NCBI GenBank assembly: GCA_036785375.1
Contig: JAWMAR010001544.1
Coordinates: 62,001-126,000 of the forward strand
Source: Leucoraja ocellata
Taxonomy: Eukaryota
Length of the DNA: 64,000 bases
Direction: 5' to 3'
Shown: piece by piece, positions 36,845 to 47,065 of the stretch
Numbering within the stretch: the stretch's first letter is position 1
Layout: each line of letters opens with the position of its first letter
Position numbers and translations under genes: made by a program
Notes under the pieces: model-generated
Told to the model about the DNA's origin: nothing
Seen by the model: the letters and a program-made list of their open reading frames with translations, nothing else
Database searches by the model: none

Positions 36845-39190
36845 TTTTACTTCGGAGTCACGTGAGTGACCACGTGAAGATGGCCGTCCAGGCGCATGCT
36901 GGTCATCTCGTCAGACGCATTGCGCTGCCACCGCGGTAGGAGGTGTGGAACCTCTAAGCGGTGACTGAAGGAAAACATGGACGTAAGTCTTTTGTACTTC
37001 TACTTTCAGGCTGCTTTTCTTCGGAGACTGCGTGCAGAGACACAGGCAAGTCTTATGTATGGAGAAAGGTGGGAGGAAGAATAGTAAGCACATCGCAGTA
37101 AGCACTCAATAAGACAAAGTGTCTGAGAGTAGCGGGCGCCCGACTAAAAAGTCGATTGTAAAGAAATTACTATTTTACACGGGAGGGGAAAAGTCCCGTT
37201 GAAACTTCCATAGGGAGCAAGGCCATAAAGAAATAACAGACCTGGAAGACTATGTGGAGTCTGAACTATAGAATTTATAAACTGGAATTCCTCATGGGTA
37301 AAACAAACTCCAGAAGGAGTATAAAAGACATGGGCTTAAAGAGCAACCGCAAGAGGTTCTGGGAAACGTTGGCCCAGATTTGAGCCAGCGACTGAAATGC
37401 CTGATGATAAAGATGAATATATGGGCTGACCTGACACGGAGGCAGCACCAGAAATGTCTGAAAGACAATACAGGCGTTGGTCTACAGGAGACACAGAATA
37501 TGGAGCAGCACCCAAAAGTGGGCTGCCAATATACAGCTCAAATGAAGAGCTTGATGTAGCCAAAGAGGGACAAAAAAGCATCGGCCTATACTAGAGCCAT
37601 CGCATGAAATACCTGATGATGAATATACAAGTGAAACCCATTATGAGGAGGAATATCCTGAATACTCTGATAATGAACCAGTTGAGGGCCAGAACCCAAA
37701 GCAAAAAATAAAAATGCCAGTGCTGGCCCAAAAGGTATATAGTCCCAGACACAAGGGACAACCTCTTCCAGAGGAAATAGCAGAGAGTATAAATTACCTG
37801 CTTTCCCATCAATCACAAGATGCAACAATGGATGAAGTTATGAACAAATATGAAATCCCGCAGACCTGTGCTCTGCTTGGAGTGCCAGCTGTTAACAAAG
37901 AAGTGTGGAAGTTTATGGGCATTGTAGTAAGAGCTCAAGAAATGAGATTACAGCGGGAATTAAGATTGATTGGGTCAAATATTATGGCATTTGTCAAAGA
38001 TCTGGAAGAAGGAAATGTGACAATGGTACAACAGGATGTAATGGGAATGATGTGGAATGCACATTTTGAAATAAACTGTATTTGTAAAACTGCGTTAAGA
38101 CCTAACATACATCCTAAGTTTGCAGGGCTCTGTAAACCATCTAATATACAAATGCCAAATGTACTCTTTGGAGAAGAGCTTGCCAAATAACTAAAGGTTC
38201 TCAACGAAGAATCAAAAACCATCGGGATGATGAAACCACCGATGTTTGCAGCACAGCTAGAACAAAAAAAGGATTGGGGGTAGTAGAATCATTTTGGACC
38301 TCACAAGTCTTAACTCTTTTGTGCAGTATAAACATTTCAAAATGGAGACTTGTACTAATGCTTTGCAATTAATTTTAACAGAATGCTATATGGCAAGCAT
38401 TGATCTCCAAGATGCACATAATTCTGTTGTGGTGCATGTGCAACATCGCAGATATTTGAAATGTGTCTGGATGTCTCAAATGTGGCACTTTAAAGCCCCA
38501 GATTGTTTACAAAACTGTTGAAGTCCATTTTAGCATTGTTAAGAACTCAAGGCCATTTGATAATGGCTTATTTGGATGACATTTTAATTGTGGGAGATAC
38601 TGAAGCCATGACAGCAGCTTCTGTTTTAAAAAGTAAACCTCACATTTCAAAGAATGGGATTTGTCATTCATTCAGAGATATCCAGACTGACACCTAACAA
38701 AATAATTGATTACTTGGGGTTCACTATTAATTCAGAACACAAGACAGTGAGCTTACCCAAGGACAAAAAGTTGCAAGTGATTAAGGGTTGTAAGGAGTTA
38801 ATTGCAGGCAAACAACCATCAATCAGTCAAGTAGCAAATCTAATTCGCAAGTTAATTGCTTCATTTACAGCTGTTCTGTTTGGACCACTGAATTATCAGA
38901 CAGCTGCAGTGCGCAAAGATATCAGTATTGGGAAGACATGCTGGACGTTACGATAGGCCTATACAACTAACTAACACAGCAATTGAGGATATAAAATGGT
39001 GGATTAAAAATGTGGATTACTCTTACAGGAAAATTCTGAATGAATCACACCCTACCATTTTATAAATAGATGCAAGTGCACTGGAATGGGGAGCTGCGGA
39101 TGCCATCTCAAGCCGTGGAGGTAGATGGAATGCAGAGGAAGAACCTTTGCTCGAGACATATGGCATAAATTATCTTTAATTACTAAGTGT
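36845..39190 (+). mobile_element. Degenerate, 3'-truncated DIRS element (second family)
   Basis: Begins ttttacttcggagtcacgtgagtgac, as at 20454. Contains a gag remnant (37714-38190), RT remnants (YLDD) and the RNase H DAS..WG motif. Confidence 0.85.
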
Positions 39191-39579
39191 ATTGGTTCAC
39201 GAAGCCCGTCGATTTAAAAGTACTGATGTTCGAGGTGCACAATTTGCGGGTGAATTTGTTGATGTGAATCGGTGTACTGGTTCACGATGCCCGTCGATTT
39301 GCTACGGGTCCAGTCATTGCTACACTGGATAGAATGATCATATCTGTGGGCTATAATAACATGTTTTGTTATGATTAGTCAAGCAGAGTAGACAGGGACA
39401 CGGACCAAACTAGATGTTGCATATCCCATGGACCTTGGGTTGCGTGTGATCATGCATCTACACCAGTATGTCAAGGTCCCTAAGAGCATCATAGACTCTG
39501 ACTAGCAATATTGTTAGTTACATTAAACCTCGTTAGAAGGAATCACTACGAACGTTCAGCAGTACGCCAATCCTCGGGG

Positions 39580-41651
39580 ACTATTCCCATAGCTCCAGAT
39601 GGACTATTCCCGTACGGTTTGGGGCATGCTGCATGGGTGGCAGTGAGCAAGCAAATTCTATTTGGAACCCATCTATACTGTGCAGTCTAAACAAGTCAGA
39701 TGTTACCCACCACCACTCATGCAAAAAGAAACGTAACCTCCCACCAACATGCGTTAGACCCACAACCCAAATGTTACATAGTGAACCAGACCCACCTACC
39801 TCCGTGTTAGTGGGATTCTGGATTGTTATTTCCTTCCCCGATGTTTGGGGATTTGAGGTGCTGGTATGTGCCAGCTGCGCATCTTGGCTGTCGGCCGGTT
39901 CGGGCCATGTCCTAATAAAGATTTCCTGCCGGTTCTTTCAGTCCTCGAGCTGAAGGTGGTTCCCACAGACAGTCTAGTGCTGGTCGAGGCATACGGGTGC
40001 TGGCGTTGAAACGATGACTGTCTGTTTGCTGGTGGAGTCCAAAGTAGCCCCACAGCCTTCGACTCGTCGTCCTGATCCTTCACCTGTCTGGATAGGTCTT
40101 CTCCAAACAGTAAATAGGGCGGCTGCACATTACTGGACTTGTACAACCCTGCAAACTTGGGGTTGAGAACAGGACGAATGGCATTCTTGCGAAAGCAATT
40201 CATTTCAAATTGTGCATTACACAACGATGCCATTGCGTCTTGTTGAGCCTCAGATAATGCACAGCTGTCCACCGACCTGGCCACTGCTGTCCACCGACCT
40301 GGCCACAGCTGTCCACTGACCTGTCCACCGACCTGGCCACAGCTGTCCACCGACCTGGCCACTGCTGTCCACAGACCTGGCCACTGCTGTCCACCGACCT
40401 GGCCACAGCTGTCCACCGACCTGGCCACTGCTGTCCACCGACCTGGCCACTGCTGTCCACCGACCTGGCCACTGCTGTCCACCGACCTGGCCACAGCTGT
40501 CCACCGACCTGGCCACTGCTGTCCACCGACCTGTCCACCGACCTGGCCACAGCTGTCCACCGACCTGGCCACTGCTGTCCACCGACCTGGCCACTGCTGT
40601 CCACCGACCTGGCCACTGCTGGCCACCGACCTGGCCACCGACCTGGCCACTGCTGTCCACCGAACTGGCCAGTGCTGTCCACAGACCTGGCCACTGCTGT
40701 CCACCGACCTGGCCACTGCTGTCCACCCCGATGCCAGCAGGTTCAGGATTCTCTGTAATTTGACCTCTTGGGCCAATGTAGCTCCAGATGGAACTGTTCA
40801 CCGCCGGTACCTTGAGGGAGGCACAGTTGCTGGGCGCATGGTACCTCATGGCTGTCTCCATCATCACCTGCTCTTGAAGCTGGTGGCAAGCAAGGTAATT
40901 AATGCTGGCCGCCAGCTCTTCATCCAGCGGCTCCCCAACCAGCGACGACATTGCGAACTTGGAGACCATGGTTGGCACATGCACATCTCGCGGGTCCCTT
41001 ATCGAACGTTCTCCCCGCATCTCAGTGCAATGCGAGTCCGCCCAGGACTGGTGGTCTACACTCCCATCCTTGGATGGGGAGACATAATGCAGCCCTGCAC
41101 CAGGCGCTGCTGTGGGCCCCCGAGACCCGCTGTGATATGACTCCCGACCGAGGAGCATATCATGTTGGAGTATCTTCTCCATAAGATGCTCCACTCGGGA
41201 AAGGCGTCCGACAACACTCCCCGTAGGAGGAGGCGAACCCTCCCGGCCGGACTCATCCGAGTCAACCGGCCTGTTGGACTTGTCCTTCCCGACCCACAGG
41301 GTAGCCACAGTGCTCTCCATGGGCACCGAGCCCGAAGTCGCTGGCTGCGCTGTCAGCGACCGCGATGGTGAAACGGAATGCCGCCCGCTGACCGCACTCC
41401 CGCGGTCTTCCGAAGCGGTTCTCCTTGCGAGACTTCACCCTCGCCTTATCCATGATGTTCTTGCTGTAACAAGACAGAAGACAAAACGACCGCAGACTAA
41501 GTTCAAGAACTTACCTGGAGGTCTTTTGAAACTTACCGCTGGTGAAGCGACGCGCTTGCCAGCCAGTCAGAGCGCCATGCGTTAGACAGAATGACGCGCA
41601 TGCGGGCTGACGGGGTCTTCACGTATTCATTCACGTGACCCCAAAGTAAAA
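39580..41651 (-). mobile_element. Degenerate, 3'-truncated DIRS element (third family)
   Basis: The minus strand starts ttttactttggggtcacgtgaatgaatacgtgaaga. The gag remnant reads APSNCASLKVPAVN and RKNAIRPVLNPKF..LLFGEDL, followed by GGRLRFF. Confidence 0.82.
40260..40727. repeat. 24-bp minisatellite (GCTGTCCACCGACCTGGCCACT/A) inside the DIRS gag
   Basis: Seen directly, with occasional 12-bp sub-units; period 23-24 bp. Confidence 0.9.
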
Positions 41652-42458
41652 TGGGGATAAATATGAGGTTATCCACTTTGGTAGCAAAAACAGGAAGGCA
41701 GATTATTATCTAAATGTTATCAAGTTGGGAAAAGGGGAAGTACAACGGGATCCGGGGATCCTTGTTCATCAGCCAATGAAAGTAAGCATGAAGGTACAGC
41801 AGGCAGTGAAGAAAGCGAATGGTATGTTGGCCTTCATAACAAGAGGAGTTGAGTATAGGAGCAAACAGGTCCTTCTGCAGTTGTACAGAGCCCTAGTCAG
41901 ACACTACCTGGAGTATTGTGTGCAGTTTTGGTCCCCTGATTTGAGGAAGGACATTCTTGCTATTGAGGGAGTGCAGCGTAGGTTTACAAGGTTAATTCCC
42001 GGGATGGCGCTGTGATACATTGAGAGAATGAAGCAGCTGGGCTTGTACACTCTGGAATTTAGAAGGATGAGAGGGTATCTTATTGAAACCCTGAATAATC
42101 TTATTAGATTATTACAGGTTTGGACACGTGAGAGGCAGGAAACATGTTCCCGATGTTGGGGGAGTCCAGAACCAGGGGCCACAGTTTAAGAATAAGGGGT
42201 AAGCCATTTAGAACGGAGATGAGGAAACACTTTTTCACACAGAGAGTTGTGAGTCTGTGGAATTCTCTGACTCAGTGGGCAATGGAGGCCGATTATCTAG
42301 ATGTTTTTAAGAGAGAGCTTGATAGGGCTCTTAAAGATAGTGGTCGGGTGATTTGGGGAGAAGGCAGGAACTGATTGGGGATGATCAGACATGATCACAT
42401 TGAACGGCGGTGCTGGCTTCAGGGCCGAATGGCCTACTCCTGCACCTATTGTCTATTG
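41652..42458 (+). mobile_element. CR1 3' fragment
   Basis: ORFs 41725-42015 and 42144-42374 encode the CR1 RT C-terminus, followed by the 3' UTR. Confidence 0.85.
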
Positions 42459-43012
42459 TGTCCATTTATTCCACAGATGATGCCTGACCCACCAATTACT
42501 CCAGCACTGTTGTTCCTGATATAGTGGTGGTCAGAGGATCTGGGGTGACGGAGGAACTTCAGACTGAGAGATCTGGAAAGATGTGGGAGCAGGACAAAAG
42601 CTGGCAAGTGATGTGGATAGACACAAATGCTGGAGTAATTCAGTGAGACGGGCAGCATCATGGGAGAGAAGGAATGGGTGATGTTTCAGGTAGAGGCTGT
42701 CCTTCAGACAACAAATACAAGCAATTGGCACTTGGTGGAGCAATGACAAAGGCGAGAGGTGAAGAGGAGACACAAGGTTTAGATAAGGAGAGAGAGAGAT
42801 GTGAAGCTGGAGGGCGGGATATGGGTCGAAGGGTAAAGAGGCAAAGATGAAGGTCAGGGATGGGAGTTGAGTGTGGAAAGAGGGGAAGGTGCAGGATGAA
42901 TGGGTGATGCGGGGAAAGGGAGAGTCCTCAGTACATTCATCCCTTTTCCCCATCCTATCCCATTGCACTCATATTCCTTCTACCAGGTTTACAGTTCAGA
43001 CCTTGCTTTCTC

Positions 43013-43107
43013 CTTCTGAGATGTTCATAATATTCTGAGATGTTCATAATCTTCTGAGATGTTCATAACCTTCTGAGATGTTCATAATCCTTCTGAGATG
43101 TTCATAA
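43013..43107. repeat. ~19-20-bp tandem repeat (TTCTGAGATGTTCATAA)x5
   Basis: Seen directly. Confidence 0.85.
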
Positions 43108-43929
43108 ATCATAGCGGCGACGACAGAGGGTTCATGGCCCCGACCACGGATAAACAGAGGAGGACTGACTGAACCTTGTTGCCTTTCGCCACAGTGAAGA
43201 ATGCTGTGCTGGATGTTTTGTGTTAAATTCTATTGTGTATTGTGTGTTCTTTTTAAGTGTATCGCTGCTGGCAAATTTATTTCACTGCACCTTTGGGTGC
43301 TGGTAACGAATACAGTTGACTTTGACTTTTACACCTTTAGCCTTTGTCACTTACTGATTCAATTATTTTTTGTCACATGTACCATGTGAAACAATGAAAT
43401 GCTTTGTTTTGCATAAAACCTGGTAAAATCACGTGGCTGACCTCACCTGGGCAGTACACGATGTTTTGGTGTTCCACCCATCTGGCAATTTCCTCTCCCC
43501 CCCCCCCCCCCCCCCCCCCCCCCTGCATCCAGCCATCACTTGCTAGACTATTGCCCCACCTCACATTTCCAGCTTTCTCCCTTTACTCCATCAAGCTGAA
43601 GGCTTCTGACCTGATACTTCATTGGTCCATTCCTTCCAGATGTTGCCTGACCCACTGGTTTACTCCAGCAGACTTTTTTCTCCCTCAAGATTCCAGCACC
43701 GTGAATTCTAGTATTTTAAACCAACAATAATCAGGAAAATACTTTCTCCTCCAAACATTTATTGGTCTGAAACCAGAGGTGGTTCTAAACAGGTCCTTAC
43801 CTGCATCCCATCTCCATACAGTTCAGGTCCTGACAGATTGACAAAGTCAGACAATTCAAATTAATACACCACTAATGATTCAAAATCTCCCACAATCTTC
43901 ATCCCACCCTTAATCTCACAGCAATACTT

Positions 43930-46205
43930 TTAACGACAAGGATTTGAAGGGCCTCAGCTCAGGGCCAGGTTGGGCAGGCAAAGAGGAGGCAGAAACGGGG
44001 CAAGAGAGAGGGTGTCCGTGCTAGGCTGAGAGATAATGCTAGCTGGCCGGCCAGCTCTCCCATCTATCCTACTCTCCAACGTCCGCTTCCTGGAAAACAA
44101 ACTGGACAACATCCAACTACAGAGGAGTACACAGCGAGAGACTAGGGACTGCTGTGTCTGTGTTTTACTGAGACATGGCTCAACGATCGAGTCCCGGACG
44201 TGGCCATTCAGCTAGCCGGGCTAGTCTCGCACCGAGCCGACAGAGACCCATCACAGGTACACAAAAATGCTGGAGAAACTCAGCGGGTGCAGCAGCATCT
44301 ATGGAGCGAAGGAAATAGGCGACGTTTCAGGCTGAAACCCTTCTTCAGACTGATGGGGGGTGGGGGGCAGAAGGAAGGAAAAAGGGAGGAGGAGCCTGAG
44401 GGCGGGGGGATGGGAGGAGACAGCTCGATGGTTAAGGCAGGTCGAGGAACAGCTTCTTTCCGGCAGCTGTCACTCTACTAAACAACGTACCTCGGTGACT
44501 GCCAATCACCACCCCCCCCCCCCCCCCCCCGGACACTTATTATTTTTTTTATTTTTTTATTCGAATCGTTTGCTATGTCGCTCTTCAAGGGAGATGCTAA
44601 ATGCATTTCGTTGTCTCTGTACTGTACACTGACAATGACAATTAAAATTGAATCTGAATCTGAATCTGAATCTGAAGGGGAGGAGACAGCAAGGGCTAGC
44701 AAAACTGGGAGAATTCAATGTTCATGCCATCTGGCTGCAAGCAACCCAGGCGGAATATGAGGTGCTGTTCCTCCAATTTCCAGTGTTGCTCACCCTGGCA
44801 ATGGAGGAGACAGAGAGGTCGGATTGGGAATGGGAGGGGGAGTTGAAGTGCTGAGCCACCGGGAGTTCAGGTCGGTTATTGCGGATTGAGCGGAGTTGTT
44901 CGGCGAAACGATCGCCCAACCTCCACTTAGTCTCCCCGATGTAAATCAGCTGACACCTAGAGCAGAGGATGCAGTAGATGAGGTTGGAGGAGATACAGGT
45001 GAACCTCTGTCGCACCTGGAACGATTGCTTGGGTCCTTGAATGGAGTCGAGGGGGGAGGTGAAGGGACAGGTGTTGCATTTCTTGCGGTTGCAACGGAAA
45101 GTGCCCGGGGAGGGGGTGGTGCGGGAGGGAAGGGAAGAATTGACAAGGGAGTTGCGCGGTAAGACTCGAGGTGGTGGCCTGTGTGTTTACATCAACACTG
45201 ACTGGTGCAACAACTCTGTCTTAGTCTCCAAGTTCTGTTCATTGCTGGTGGAGAATGCGATTGTGAGATGTAGACCTTTTTATTTGCCACGGGAGTTTAC
45301 CACAGTGCTCATTGTTGCTGTTCACATCCCCCCCAGTGCTAATGCTAAGGAAACACTAGCTGTACTGTACTGTATGGAGCTTTATGCAATCTACAATACA
45401 CACACCCAGAAGGACTGTTTATTGCCGTAGGAGATTGTAACCGTGCAAATCTCAAAACTGTGCTTCCTAAATGTTACCAACATGTGGACTTTGCAACGAG
45501 AGGGGAGAAGGTGCTAGATCTCGTTTACACCAATATACCCAGCACGTACAGGGTGGAGTCACGCCCCCATCTCGGATACTCAGACCACATCTCTGTCATG
45601 CTGATCCCAGCATACAGACTGCTTGTCAGATGCTCCAGACCAGCTAAAAAACAGGTGAAGACCTGGCCAGCAGGAGCCATCTCTGCTCACCAGGACTGCA
45701 TTGACTGGCACATGTTTAAGGAGGCAGCAACCACCAGCGGCACCACTGGCTTGGAGGAGTACACGGCATCAGTGACTGGTTACATCAGTAAATACATTGA
45801 TGACATTACTGTCACTGAGCTCATCACCACACGTCCCCAACAGTAAACCATGGATGACTGCAGAGGTACGTGCGCTGCTGAGAGCCCGAGACACGGCCTT
45901 CAGAGCAGGCGATAAGGAGGCCCTGAGAACAGCGAGGGCCAAACTGTCCCGGGCCATCAGGGAAGCAAAGCGAGCGCATGCAAGGAAAATCCATGGCCAC
46001 TTCAGTGACGGCAGGGACACACTGAAGCTGTGGCAAGGCATCCAAGCCATCACCAATTTCAGGACATCAACACCAGCCTGTGACAGCGATGCCTCTCTGC
46101 CTGATGCGCTGAACATGTTCTACACCCGGTTTGATGCACAGAACGACGTGGTGGCGAGGAAGATCACAACCCCCCCCCCCCCCCCCCCCCTGCGACCAGG
46201 TGGCT
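43930..46205 (+). mobile_element. Rex1/Babar LINE 5' half (APE domain) interrupted by Penelope-derived sequence
   Basis: [21 protein letters not shown] and HRADR before the insertion; GKTRGGGLCVYIN, CRPFYLPREF and SDH after it. Confidence 0.8.
44257..45157 (-). mobile_element. Penelope-like fragment with a nested Rex1-tailed short element (~44425-44675)
   Basis: ORF 44722-45015 contains NLIYCILCSRCQLIYIGETK; hammerhead-like motif on minus at ~44322-44348. Confidence 0.8.
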
Positions 46206-47065
46206 ATAGAAGCATAGAAGCATAGAGACATAGACACATAGAGACATAGAGACATAGACATATAGACACATAGAGACATAGACACATAGAGACATAGACA
46301 TATAGACACATAGACACATAGACACATAAACACATAGACACATAGAGACACATAGACACATAGACACATAGACACATAGAGACACATAGACACATAGACA
46401 CATAGACACATAGACACATAGAGACACATAGACACATAGAGACATAGAGACATAGAAACATAGCGACATAGACACATAGACACATAGACACATAGAGACA
46501 TAGAGACATAGACACATAGACACATAGACACATAGACACATAAACACATAGACACATAGAGACACATAGACACATAGACACATAGACACATAGACACATA
46601 GAGACACATAGACACATAGACACATAGACACATAGACACATAGACACATAGAGACACATAGAGACATAGAGACATAGACACATAGACACATAGACACATA
46701 GAGACATAGACACATAGAGACATAGACACATAGACACATAGACACATAGAGACACATAGACACATGGACACATAGAGACATAGAGACATAGACACATAGA
46801 CACATAGACACATAGAGACATAGAGACATAGACACATAGACACATAGACACATAGACACATAGACACATAGACACATAGACACATAGACACATAGACACA
46901 TAGAGACACATAGACACATAGACACATAGACACATAGAGACATAGAGACATAGACACATAGACACATAGACACATAGACACATAGAGACATAGACACATA
47001 GACACATAGAGACATAGACACATAGTGACATAGAGACACATAGAGACATAGACACATGGACACAT
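46206..47065. repeat. Octamer satellite, paralog of 1597-5717
   Basis: Same ACATAGAC/ACATAGAG units plus 6-bp variants; same left flank. Confidence 0.95.

Noticed and set aside
43189-43225. CACAGTG heptamer as a possible RSS
   Set aside because: No nonamer at 12 or 22-23 bp spacing, no adjacent J/V coding sequence, and it lies in a Rex1-tailed repeat.
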